This document shows, in pieces, positions 1-8,558 of a stretch of 24,000 bases of DNA. A program made the translations under genes and the position numbers. The stretch is from NCBI RefSeq assembly GCF_011440395.1, contig NZ_JAAOIX010000001.1, positions 866,680-890,679 of the forward strand, read 5' to 3'. The notes beneath the pieces are model-generated. The model made no database searches. It was not told the origin of the DNA and saw only the letters and a list, made by a program, of their open reading frames with translations. How positions within the stretch are numbered: the stretch's first letter is position 1; the number at the start of each line of letters is the position of its first letter. Source of the stretch: Pseudomaricurvus alcaniphilus (lineage in GTDB: Bacteria > Pseudomonadota > Gammaproteobacteria > Pseudomonadales > Cellvibrionaceae).

Positions 1-222
1 CGGTTTCAGCGCTTGCACCAGGCCATGGGCAAACTGGTGAGCGCCGGTATCCGGCAGCGGGATGTACGCAGCGACTACAGCATCGATTTGCTGGTGCAAA
101 TGCTGGTGGGTGGTTATCTGTACGCCCTGCTGAACTGGTTGACCAATGAAGACAAGGATCTCACCGGGGTCATGCAGGACACCGCCGCATTTTTGGCCGA
201 AGCTGTGGCCCCGGCAAAATAG
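1..222 (+). CDS. Transcriptional regulator, probably TetR/AcrR family; C-terminal fragment with the 5' end outside the window
   Basis: The frame is open from base 1 (RFQRLHQAMGKL...). The tail looks like a helical ligand-binding domain. It lies co-directionally upstream of the SDR genes. No DNA-binding domain is visible, so the family call is weak. Confidence 0.45.
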   Translation, partial: RFQRLHQAMGKLVSAGIRQRDVRSDYSIDLLVQMLVGGYLYALLNWLTNEDKDLTGVMQDTAAFLAEAVAPAK

Positions 223-325
223 CCAATGGCTGCGAAATAATTAATAGAGTGTGCTGGTGAAAATAGCCGTTGAACGACGTCACACTACATACAATTTTTA
301 CTCAATTGCTAGCGGGAGATAACCC

Positions 326-1132
326 ATGTTACTGGATGCTTTCAAACTCAATGGCAAGGTCGCCATAGTCACCGGAGCCGGCAAGGGCATCGGCAAATCG
401 GTGGCCGAAGGCCTGGCGCAATTGGGCGCGCACGTGGTCTGCGTCGCCCGCAGCCAGGAGGATATAGACGCAACCGCGGAATTGGTTAAAGGTCATGGCG
501 TCGACGCACTTGCCATCGCCTGCGATGTCACCAAAGAAGAGCAACTGCAAAACCTGGTGACCCGGACGGTGGAGAAGTTTGGCGCTATAGACATACTGGT
601 CAACAATGCCGGCGCCCCGGGCAAGGGCTTCGGCTCCATTGAAAAAGTCGACAAAACCCGGTTTGAGCACACCCTGGCCATCAACCTCACCTCGGCCTAT
701 ACCCTGGTGCACCTGTGCCTGCCCTACCTGCGCAAAAGCTCCTCGGCAGCGATCGTCAACGTTTCCTCGGCTTTAAGCTGGATGGTGGATAAAAACTTTT
801 CCGCCTACGCCGCGGCCAAGGCCGGTATGAACCAGATGACCAGGGTTATGTCATACGAATTGGCACCGCATATCCGCGTCAATGCTGTGGCTCCCGGCGC
901 CATTGAGACGCCCAGCACTTCGTTTATCACCAGTGATCCCCAGCGCAAGTCAGACGCCGAGCGCTGGATTCCCCTGCAACGACTGGGCAAACCGGAAGAC
1001 ATTGCCCTCGGCGTGCTCTACCTGGCCTCGGGCGCCAGCGCCTTCGTGAGCGGCAAGGTGCTGGAGATCGACGGTGGCATGCAGGCATTACCGGGCAGCG
1101 CCATCCAGGAAGTGATTGCACGCAACGGCTAA
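326..1132 (+). CDS. Short-chain dehydrogenase/reductase, FabG-like classical SDR
   Basis: ATG is preceded by GGGAGA. It has the cofactor motif TGAGKGIG, an NNAG motif and the catalytic S...YAAAK (YxxxK). At 268 aa it is typical SDR length. Confidence 0.9.
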   Translation: MLLDAFKLNGKVAIVTGAGKGIGKSVAEGLAQLGAHVVCVARSQEDIDATAELVKGHGVDALAIACDVTKEEQLQNLVTRTVEKFGAIDILVNNAGAPGKGFGSIEKVDKTRFEHTLAINLTSAYTLVHLCLPYLRKSSSAAIVNVSSALSWMVDKNFSAYAAAKAGMNQMTRVMSYELAPHIRVNAVAPGAIETPSTSFITSDPQRKSDAERWIPLQRLGKPEDIALGVLYLASGASAFVSGKVLEIDGGMQALPGSAIQEVIARNG

Positions 1133-1287
1133 CTGTCCGGTCCTTGCTTTAACTGCTGATTCGAACAGTGCACGAATTTGCCAACGGCAATGAATGCTGA
1201 AGTTCTACCGGGTAAGTTGGCAAACGCTTACGGTAATGGGATCGAAAATACCCTTGCCCAAAATTCCATTCTGAAAGGAGATAATAT

Positions 1288-2049
1288 ATGGGAGTCTATG
1301 CCCTCACTGGCGGTGCCACCGGTATCGGTGCCGCCATCAAACAGCAACTGCGAGACGCCGGCCACCGGGTTATCGTGGTCGACTTGAAAGACGCAGATAT
1401 CAACGCCGACCTGTCTACTGCCGAAGGCAGGAATTCAGCCATTGCCGGGGTTCGGGAACTGGCTGCGGAGGGTTTGCAAGGGCTGATTACCTGTGCCGGT
1501 GTCGCTTCCCATGTACCCAACCGTGCCCTCATTGCCAGCGTCAATTACTTCGGCAGTGTCGATCTGGTGGAAGGGTTAAAAGACCTGGTGGCGCAAGGCG
1601 GTGGCCGCATCGTTTTGGTATCTTCCAACTCGGCACCCATGTGCCAACAGACCGACTATCTCGATGCGCTTCTGGCCGGTGACGAAAAGCTCGCCGGCAT
1701 CAAGGCGGCAGAAATTACCGGACAGGAAGCCTACAGTGGCTCCAAGCAAGCCCTGGCGCGCTGGATGCGACGCAACACCAAATCCCTCGCCGGAGCCGGT
1801 ATCAGCATCAATGCCATTGCCCCTGGCTACACGGAAACCCCTATGACCCAGGCTGTCGCCAACGACCCGGCTTACGGCGATGCCATTAAACAATTTCTGA
1901 AAAGCATACCACTGGGCCGGCCGGGCAGCCCGGCAGATATGGCCAATATGGTGGAATTCCTGCTCAGCGACAAGGCCAGCTTTATCTGTGGCTCCGTGCT
2001 GTTTGTCGATGGTGGCCACGACGCCATGCTGCGCCCCGACAACTTCTAG
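1288..2049 (+). CDS. SDR oxidoreductase resembling 3-alpha-hydroxysteroid dehydrogenase/carbonyl reductase (Comamonas HsdA type)
   Basis: ATG is preceded by AAGGAG. It has TGGATGIG and YSGSK (YxxxK). The blocks ADLSTAEGR, SVNYFG, INAIAPGYTETP and VDGGHDAMLRP match my recollection of C. testosteroni 3alpha-HSD/CR. Confidence 0.8.
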   Translation: MGVYALTGGATGIGAAIKQQLRDAGHRVIVVDLKDADINADLSTAEGRNSAIAGVRELAAEGLQGLITCAGVASHVPNRALIASVNYFGSVDLVEGLKDLVAQGGGRIVLVSSNSAPMCQQTDYLDALLAGDEKLAGIKAAEITGQEAYSGSKQALARWMRRNTKSLAGAGISINAIAPGYTETPMTQAVANDPAYGDAIKQFLKSIPLGRPGSPADMANMVEFLLSDKASFICGSVLFVDGGHDAMLRPDNF

Positions 2050-2083
2050 AGTAGTGCCCTAAACGATATACAGCGGAGTCTTT

Positions 2084-3412
2084 ATGCCGACGATAGCAAA
2101 TAGCATCAAATCAATCTTTTTTATTGCCGCCATTTCCTTTGCACTCTGCCAGCCTGCGTCGGCCAGGGAAAGTGGTGTGCTTAGCGCGGAAGAGTCAGAC
2201 CCGCGAACACTCGGCTGGATGCAAGGCTTTCCACCGCCGGCAGACAAATTAATTATGCAGCCACAGTCCAACTACTTCAGCTTTCCACGCATACGCTGGA
2301 CTGTGTGCCATATGCGTGAACTCTTCCCCACCCAACAAGTGAGCCGCGGACTCGGTGCACCCACACCATTCGCCTACGCAATCGATAATAAAATAGACTC
2401 GGTTACATTTACCCCTCTTGGTGACAATCAGACAATGACATGGGCTGAGTCGCTGTCGACAAATTACACCGACGGCATGTTGATTCTGCACCGAGGAAAA
2501 ATCGTCTACGAAACCTATTCGGGCTGCCTGCAAGAGACGGGCAAACACGCTTCGATGTCAATGACCAAGTCACTGACTGGCCTGCTGGCAGAGATACTGG
2601 TGGCTGAAGGACAACTTGATGACAATGCCAGGGTATCCGCAATAATTCCCGAGCTTGGCAACAGCGGCTTTGGCAGCGCGACGGTGCGCCAGGTTATGGA
2701 TATGACCACGGCGCTCAATTATAGCGAGAACTATTCAGACCCCAAGGCAGATATTTGGATCTATTCCGCCGCTGCGAGCCCCTTGCCAAAAGCCAAAGAT
2801 TATCAGGGCCCCGATGGTTACTTTGAATACCTCCAGACGGTGAAAAAAAAGGGCAGACATGGCAAGGCTTTTGGCTACCGGACCATTAACAGCGACGCTT
2901 TGGGCTGGATCATCTCACGCACCACCGGCAAGGAGATGACAGATCTGCTGGCGGAAAAAATCTGGATGAAAATGGGTGCTGAACAAGATGCCTATTTAAC
3001 CGTTGACGGCAAAGGAGTGCCGTTCGCAGGCGGCGGCCTTAGCGCCGGCTTGCGCGATCTGGGTCGCATCGGGCAGCTGATGTTGAATGGCGGCGTTCTC
3101 AATGGTCAGCGCCTGTTCCCGGAATCGGTCGTCGCCAACATTCAGCAAGGTGGCGACAAGCAAGCCTTCGCCAAGGCGGGCTATGAAACTCTGCCGGGAG
3201 GCAGTTATCGCAGCATGTGGTGGCTGTTGCACAACCAGCACCAAGCCTATGCCGCTCGAGGCGTTTATGGCCAAACCATTTATGTCGACCCGACCGCGGA
3301 AATGGTTATTGTGCGTTTTGCGTCTTTACCCGTGGCAACAAACTCCTATAACGACCCGACGTCACTGCCCGCATACCAGGCTGTTGCTGAATACCTGATG
3401 ACGAAACCCTAA
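2084..3412 (+). CDS. Secreted serine hydrolase of the beta-lactamase/transpeptidase fold (class C / NylB / family VIII esterase-like)
   Basis: GGAG lies 5 nt upstream of the ATG. The N-terminal signal peptide ends in ASA|RE. The SxxK nucleophile motif is in ASMSMTKSLTG. At 442 aa the length fits this fold. Confidence 0.85.
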   Translation: MPTIANSIKSIFFIAAISFALCQPASARESGVLSAEESDPRTLGWMQGFPPPADKLIMQPQSNYFSFPRIRWTVCHMRELFPTQQVSRGLGAPTPFAYAIDNKIDSVTFTPLGDNQTMTWAESLSTNYTDGMLILHRGKIVYETYSGCLQETGKHASMSMTKSLTGLLAEILVAEGQLDDNARVSAIIPELGNSGFGSATVRQVMDMTTALNYSENYSDPKADIWIYSAAASPLPKAKDYQGPDGYFEYLQTVKKKGRHGKAFGYRTINSDALGWIISRTTGKEMTDLLAEKIWMKMGAEQDAYLTVDGKGVPFAGGGLSAGLRDLGRIGQLMLNGGVLNGQRLFPESVVANIQQGGDKQAFAKAGYETLPGGSYRSMWWLLHNQHQAYAARGVYGQTIYVDPTAEMVIVRFASLPVATNSYNDPTSLPAYQAVAEYLMTKP

Positions 3413-3427
3413 TCCTGCCTGGGCAAA

Positions 3428-3447
3428 AGGCCTGCACCTGCAGGCCT
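3428..3447 (+). terminator. Perfect GC-rich palindromic stem-loop 16 nt after the hydrolase stop codon; possible terminator
   Basis: AGGCCTGCA-cc-TGCAGGCCT forms a 9 bp stem. No U-tract follows on the plus strand, so intrinsic terminator function is uncertain. Confidence 0.35.
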
Positions 3448-3755
3448 GAGAGCCTGCAAATTCAGTTTAAAAGGCCGGGTCAAAACATTTGACCATTAAG
3501 ACACTTTTTCGATTAACGTCTATCGGCTCTATCTGCGTTTAACTAGCCATTGTATCGACACGGACCTGTTGCTAATCTCGTGCAAACCAACAGCTACCGC
3601 CTACTAAACACACTCGAATATAGCGTTTTATTGCAGTGTGAAAACATACAATTTTCTTCTTGTTTTAGTATGCCAATTCTATTTCCGATCAGTATATTAG
3701 GTCTCACAAGTAAGCACTTGTCACCCTAAATATTAAACTACAGGAACTATTAAGC

Positions 3756-4280
3756 ATGACTACTTATTCAAGCAAGGCATTCAAAAAAATGGAAGAATTA
3801 GCCAACACTTTCGAAGAGCGCAAGAACAAGGCTTCCGAAAAAACCACAGCAGCAAAAGAAAAATATATTACCCCGGTAAAATCCTATTTCGAAGAAATGA
3901 ACGGCTCTTTAAAAGGTGTTCTCGAAGTCAACAAAAAAGCTCTGGAGAAAGGCAAGAACGCTAACAAAGCGTTTGTTTCCAAGGTCCGTGAGGCCGGTGA
4001 AAACGCAGTCAACGACTCAAAATCTGAAATAGAGAAATCGACTGAGGACGCCAAACTGGCGATAAAGAAATCCATTGAGAACATGAAGGACAATGCCGAG
4101 AAGCAAGTCGAGCGCGTCAAGGAGTCCCTCCAGACCAGCAAAACCCGCTTTCAAGACAGTGTCCAGACACTGAAAAATGCCACCGAAGAAGTCGTCAACA
4201 AACTGAAAGGCAACAAAAGCGATGCTAAAAAATCAGCACCAAAGAAACTTGCTGCTCCCAAGCAGGAAGTTACTGCCTAA
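3756..4280 (+). CDS. Lys/Glu-rich all-helical protein with 11-residue (3-4-4) amphipathic periodicity and a basic AP/K tail; phasin-, LEA- or apolipoprotein-like architecture, function unknown
   Basis: It is the only long ORF in the AT-rich island and has no overlapping alternative ORF of similar quality. An AGGA sits upstream. Hydrophobic residues follow hendecad spacing from about residue 41 to 150. The C-terminus is KKSAPKKLAAPKQ. Confidence 0.7.
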   Translation: MTTYSSKAFKKMEELANTFEERKNKASEKTTAAKEKYITPVKSYFEEMNGSLKGVLEVNKKALEKGKNANKAFVSKVREAGENAVNDSKSEIEKSTEDAKLAIKKSIENMKDNAEKQVERVKESLQTSKTRFQDSVQTLKNATEEVVNKLKGNKSDAKKSAPKKLAAPKQEVTA

Positions 4281-4712
4281 ACTGAAATAACCGCATGGTT
4301 AGTTAGGGCCCATCCGCAAACGAAAGTTTCTAGTGGGCACTAATATGGTACAAGGACGTACTACCAGTTTCTATGACTGCAAATCATTGAAAATAACAGA
4401 AATGCACAGTGCTAATTAAAGGTACCTTTAATAATACCAGGCATCCGGACCAATAACCAAAAGATCCGTTTTTTATAATATGTAGAGTTTTTTCAGCCGT
4501 ATTACCGATTAACTTTCCAGCTATACCCCTACGCCTCCTTGACCCTGCCACTACACCTGAAACAGGGCTTCGCAGAGCAATGCGCTTTTTCCTGGCTCAC
4601 AAAATCAGTGATCTATCTTTATCGTTTTTGGCGCCGGTCGCATCACTGGCGCCACGACATTCTTTTCGCAATGACTGAAAGTTGCGTTACCAGATGCTCA
4701 CGGGTTTACCGA

Positions 4713-5810
4713 TTAGCGCTGGTCGAAGTCGACGACCACCTCATCGGTTAACGGATGTGCCTGGCAAGACAGAATAAAGCCCTGCTCTATTTCATGGGGC
4801 TCCAGACCGTGGGTTATGTCCATATCCACCTTGCCCTTGATCAACTTGCATTTACAGGTGGAGCAAACACCCGCCTTGCAGGAGTATGGCAATTCCATAC
4901 CGTTGTGCATACCCGCATCGAGGATATTTTCACCTACGGTCGCCAGATCGAACATAATGGAACGTCCATCCGCCACCACGGTGACCTTGCTGGTCTTTTC
5001 CTCGCCAAACTCCTGGATACGCTGTTGGGCTTTCTCCATTCTCTTTTGCGAATCCTCCGAAGAGTTGGCAAACAATTCATAGTGGATCTGCGAATCGAGC
5101 AGGCCTTCGACCCTGAAACCTCGTGACACCTCCGACATCATCGCTTCCGGGCCACAGATAAAGGCTTCGTCGGTGCCCTTGATGTCGATCAGTCCGGCCT
5201 TGGCAAGCGCGTAACCCTTCTTGTTGTCAATGCGCCCATTTAATAGATCCGCGCCCTGATCCTCATAATTCATGATATTGATCCACTGGAAGCGACTAAT
5301 ATAGCGATTCTTGACGAAGCTCAACTCATCCTTAAACATCACCGAGTTCGACCGGCGGTTACCGTAGATGAGGGTTACCCGACTTTTTGGCTCCTCAGCC
5401 AGGACCGTCTTGATAATCGAGAGTATGGGGGTAATGCCACTGCCGACCGCCAAACACATGTAATTTTTCTGGTTATTCGAGTCTACCTGGGTGAAGAAGC
5501 TGCCCTGGGGAGGCATTACCATAACCGTGTCACCCTCCTTGAAATTGTCGTTGGCATAATTGGAGAACACGCCATTCTTGACCCGCTTGATACCGACCCG
5601 CAGGTGCCCGTCATTCACCCCGGAACAGATCGAGTAGGAGCGGCGTACATCTTCACCCTCGATATCGGCCTTGAGGGTCAGGAATTGACCTTGAGTAAAC
5701 CTGAATTTGTCCTGCAGTTCGTCTGGCACGGCAAAGGTAATACAAACCGCTGTATCGGTTTCCGGCTGCACATCCGCAATCCTGAGGTTGTAGAAGTTTG
5801 TATCGGACAT
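4713..5810 (-). CDS. paaE: Phenylacetyl-CoA 1,2-epoxidase reductase subunit PaaE
   Basis: It has the FNR-type RRSYSI (RxYS) FAD motif and the GSGITP NAD(P)H motif. The C-terminal plant-type 2Fe-2S motif is CKAGVCSTC...C. It directly follows paaD. Confidence 0.93.
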   Translation of the reverse strand: MSDTNFYNLRIADVQPETDTAVCITFAVPDELQDKFRFTQGQFLTLKADIEGEDVRRSYSICSGVNDGHLRVGIKRVKNGVFSNYANDNFKEGDTVMVMPPQGSFFTQVDSNNQKNYMCLAVGSGITPILSIIKTVLAEEPKSRVTLIYGNRRSNSVMFKDELSFVKNRYISRFQWINIMNYEDQGADLLNGRIDNKKGYALAKAGLIDIKGTDEAFICGPEAMMSEVSRGFRVEGLLDSQIHYELFANSSEDSQKRMEKAQQRIQEFGEEKTSKVTVVADGRSIMFDLATVGENILDAGMHNGMELPYSCKAGVCSTCKCKLIKGKVDMDITHGLEPHEIEQGFILSCQAHPLTDEVVVDFDQR

Positions 5811-5818
5811 CGTTACAC

Positions 5819-6394
5819 CTATATTGTTTTAAAATAATCGAAGGGCTCACCACAGTCGCTGCATTGAAACAGCGCCTTACAGGCCGTAGAGCCAAATTCA
5901 CTGACTCGCACCGTATTTTCAGAGCCACATTGGGGGCAAGGCACATGTTGCTCAGGCGTCGCCCCTGTCTCAGTATCTTGCGGTGGAGCGATACCATAAT
6001 TACGCAGTTTTTTCCTGCCCTCCGATGACATCCACTCGGTAGTCCAGGCCGGAGCCAGTTGGGCCTTGATTTCGTGATCGGTCAGGCCGCCTGCATTCAA
6101 CGCCACTTCGATATCGCTGCGAATGGTGTCCATCGCGGGGCAACCCGAGTAGGTGGGTGTGATTGTGACAATGACCTTACCCGCTATTACCTCAACATCT
6201 CGCAACACACCGAGATCCCATATCGATAGTGCCGGAATCTCAGGGTCCTTGACCTGGTCGAGCAGGTCCCAAATCTCCGCACAACTGGAGTTTTGCCGAT
6301 ACTGTTCGCGCTCATACTGTTCCTGGGATATCAGTGGAATAAGGTTCATAGTTTTACTATCTGTACCCTCAGGGTTACCTTTCTGTGCGTTCAA
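5819..6394 (-). CDS. paaD: Phenylacetate-CoA oxygenase subunit PaaD
   Basis: It carries a DUF59-like block (DPEIPALSIWDLGVLRDV) and a C-terminal Cys pair motif CPQCGS...CSDCGEPFDYFK. The TTG start at 6394 is supported by a strong GGAGGT 8 nt upstream. An alternative ATG lies at 6349. Confidence 0.88.
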   Translation of the reverse strand: MNAQKGNPEGTDSKTMNLIPLISQEQYEREQYRQNSSCAEIWDLLDQVKDPEIPALSIWDLGVLRDVEVIAGKVIVTITPTYSGCPAMDTIRSDIEVALNAGGLTDHEIKAQLAPAWTTEWMSSEGRKKLRNYGIAPPQDTETGATPEQHVPCPQCGSENTVRVSEFGSTACKALFQCSDCGEPFDYFKTI

Positions 6395-6439
6395 AACTGC
6401 GTACCTCCAGGCTTTTCATTTACCCAGGCTCAGGGCGGT

Positions 6440-7210
6440 TTACCACTGACAGCCCGGGTAGGCTCTGTAGACCGACTGCATATCGGTCAACAAGTGACCC
6501 AGGTTTTCGGTATGGTAGCCGACACGCCCACCGCGCACAGCCCAATCGCCGGCCGGAATTTCCAGAGTAGCCTCACTGAGAATGGCCTTAATTTCAACTT
6601 CCCACTGTGCCTTGAGGCGGGTGGTGTCAACCGCGATGCCCGCATCCACAAGTTGCTGTTCCAGCTCATCCAGCTCGAACATCTCGAAGGTATACCCCCA
6701 GAGGGCGTCGACCGCGGTTTGCGCACGTTGATGGCTCTCCTCCGTGCCGTCACCCAGGCGCAGCACCCATTCCCGGCTGCGGCGCAAGTGATACCGGGTT
6801 TCCTTGCTCGCCTTGGCAGCGATCGCGGCCAGGGTTGCATCCTTGGATTTAACCAACTCGGCAAGAAAGCCTGTATTGAATGCGTCCACCAGCAACTGCC
6901 GCACCTGGGTGTAGGCAAAATCGCCTTTGGGCAGCTCATTGATCAGCAGATTTTTATATTCACGGGCATCGCGCATATAGGCGAAGTCGTCTTCCGTCCT
7001 GCCGTCACCGGCGAGTTCCGCGGCATAGCCGTAGAACATTCGGGCGCGGCCGATATAGTCCAGCGCCACATTGCCTAACGCAATATCCTCCTCCAAAAAG
7101 GGGCCGTTGCTTACCCACTCCGAAATTCTGTGCCCCAGCACGACCGAGTCGTCGCCGAGGCGCAGCGCGTATTCCAGCGTCGCCTGTTTTAAATCTGTAG
7201 CACTCATCAT
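6440..7210 (-). CDS. paaC: Phenylacetyl-CoA 1,2-epoxidase subunit PaaC
   Basis: It sits between paaB and paaD. It is a 256 aa ferritin-like helical protein with a GGAGA RBS. The order paaABCDE is conserved. Confidence 0.9.
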   Translation of the reverse strand: MMSATDLKQATLEYALRLGDDSVVLGHRISEWVSNGPFLEEDIALGNVALDYIGRARMFYGYAAELAGDGRTEDDFAYMRDAREYKNLLINELPKGDFAYTQVRQLLVDAFNTGFLAELVKSKDATLAAIAAKASKETRYHLRRSREWVLRLGDGTEESHQRAQTAVDALWGYTFEMFELDELEQQLVDAGIAVDTTRLKAQWEVEIKAILSEATLEIPAGDWAVRGGRVGYHTENLGHLLTDMQSVYRAYPGCQW

Positions 7211-7227
7211 TGATTCTCCGGGCTCGC

Positions 7228-7515
7228 TTACATGTTGTTAACAGGATCGGGAAGCTTGTAGTAAGTCGCGTGCCGATAGGGCTTATCATCCGAGGGGTCG
7301 TAAAAGCTCTCCGCATCGTCTTCCTGGGAAGCACAGATGTCGTCGGACTTCACCACCCAGATGCTCACACCCTCGCTGCGGCGCGTATAAACATCGCGCG
7401 CGTACTCCAGGGCTTGCTCGTGGTCTTCCGCGTGCAGGCTGCCCACATGCTTGTGATCCAGCCCGCGCTTGGAGCGGATAAAAACTTCAAATAATTCCAG
7501 GTTTTCGGGTTTCAT
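7228..7515 (-). CDS. paaB: Phenylacetyl-CoA 1,2-epoxidase subunit PaaB
   Basis: It is 95 aa with a GGAG RBS at 8 nt spacing. The conserved PaaB block is DVYTRRSEGVSIWVV. It lies immediately after paaA. Confidence 0.93.
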   Translation of the reverse strand: MKPENLELFEVFIRSKRGLDHKHVGSLHAEDHEQALEYARDVYTRRSEGVSIWVVKSDDICASQEDDAESFYDPSDDKPYRHATYYKLPDPVNNM

Positions 7516-7548
7516 AACGGGTACTCCGATATCTCGTTCAGCCTTGCC

Positions 7549-8514
7549 TTATGCAGCATGCCGGGATTTTTTGGCGCTCTTCTTCTCGTTATAAGCAGTT
7601 ATCGCATCGCGAACCCATGCGCCTTCCTCATGGGCCTTGACGTGGTGTTCGATCCGCTGACGATTGCAGTGACCGTTGCCATTGATCACATTGTAGAATT
7701 CATCCCAGTCAAGATCTCCGTGATCGTAATGACCACGCTCTTCGTTCCACTTGAGTTCCTTGTCCGGGTGTTCCAGCCCGAGGTACTCGATCTGGGGTAC
7801 GGTTTGGTCGATAAATTTCTGGCGCAGGTCATCATTGGTCTCGCGCTTGATTTTCCACTCCATCGATTTGGCGGAGTGTGCAGACTCGGAGTCGTGGGGG
7901 CCGAACATCATCAACGCGGGCCAGTAAAAACGGTTGAGCGAATCCTGCGCCATTTTTTTCTGCTCTGCACTGCCGTGGGCCAGCGCAATCATAAGCTCGT
8001 AACCCTGGCGCTGGTGGAAGCTCTCCTCCTTGCAGATACGGATCATGCCGCGGGCATAGGGGCCATAGGAGGTCCGCTGCAGAGAGACCTGATTAACAAT
8101 AGCGGCACCGTCGACCAGCCAGCCGATCGCACCGATATCACCCCAGGTCTGGGTGGGGTAGTTAAAGATGGATGCGTACTTGGCCGCGCCGGTTTGCAGC
8201 GCTTCGATCATCTCCGCCCGCGAAATACCCAGGGTCTCCGCCGAGCTGTACAAGTACAGACCATGACCGGCCTCGTCCTGCACCTTCGACAACAACACCG
8301 CCTTGCGGCGCAAAGAGGGTGCCCGAGTAATCCAGTTGCCCTCGGGCTGCATGCCGATGACTTCTGAATGGGCGTGCTGTTGTATTTGGCGGATCAGGTT
8401 CTTGCGGTAAGCGTCCGGCATCCAATCCTTGGGCTCGATCTTCTCTTCCGCCTCAATCTTGCGCATAAAGTTTTTTTCAGGATCCATACTCATGACCATT
8501 ATTCCCCGCTGCAT
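7549..8514 (-). CDS. paaA: Phenylacetyl-CoA 1,2-epoxidase catalytic subunit PaaA
   Basis: It is near-collinear with my recollection of E. coli PaaA ([33 protein letters not shown] di-iron ligand motifs). The true start is probably one of the internal ATGs at 8499, 8493 or 8487; GGGGAA lies 8 nt before the ATG at 8493. Confidence 0.95.
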   Translation of the reverse strand: MQRGIMVMSMDPEKNFMRKIEAEEKIEPKDWMPDAYRKNLIRQIQQHAHSEVIGMQPEGNWITRAPSLRRKAVLLSKVQDEAGHGLYLYSSAETLGISRAEMIEALQTGAAKYASIFNYPTQTWGDIGAIGWLVDGAAIVNQVSLQRTSYGPYARGMIRICKEESFHQRQGYELMIALAHGSAEQKKMAQDSLNRFYWPALMMFGPHDSESAHSAKSMEWKIKRETNDDLRQKFIDQTVPQIEYLGLEHPDKELKWNEERGHYDHGDLDWDEFYNVINGNGHCNRQRIEHHVKAHEEGAWVRDAITAYNEKKSAKKSRHAA

Positions 8515-8529
8515 CAGTTTACGTGGTCT

Positions 8530-8558
8530 ATATTATGATACACATATCTCTTTGTAAA
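8530..8558 (-). promoter_or_regulatory. Sigma70-type promoter of the paaABCDE operon
   Basis: The minus strand reads TTTACA-17 nt-TAATAT. This lies about 15-30 nt upstream of the candidate paaA start codons. Confidence 0.55.

Noticed and set aside
253-291. The inverted repeat AGTGTG-N27-CACACT upstream of the first SDR. It was considered as another copy of the paa operator.
   Set aside because: The arms are in the opposite orientation (TGTG...CACA rather than CACA...TGTG), the spacing differs, and the extended arm sequence is not shared. It is probably coincidental or a different site.
1178-1387. The 69-aa ORF spanning the SDR1-SDR2 intergenic region, and the small palindrome TTGCCaacGGCAA (1178-1190).
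   Set aside because: The ORF overlaps the well-supported SDR2 start out of frame and has no RBS. The 5-bp palindrome is too short to call as an operator.
4539-4751. A 70-aa plus-strand ORF at the edge of the AT-rich island, running into the paaE 3' end.
   Set aside because: It uses a non-ATG start, has no RBS, gives a Trp/Arg/His/Cys-rich improbable product, and overlaps the paaE stop region.
6293-7078. Long antisense or shadow ORFs overlapping well-supported genes. Examples are 6293-7078(+), 7558-8367(+), 10895-11758(+), 14070-14627(+), 16170-16937(+), 21922-22755(-), 1576-2019(-) and 329-712(-).
   Set aside because: Each lies fully inside a gene with strong family-level homology on the opposite strand. 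Their products are Arg/Gly/Pro/Ala-rich and low in complexity, which is typical of GC-rich shadow frames. No RBS or motif supports them.
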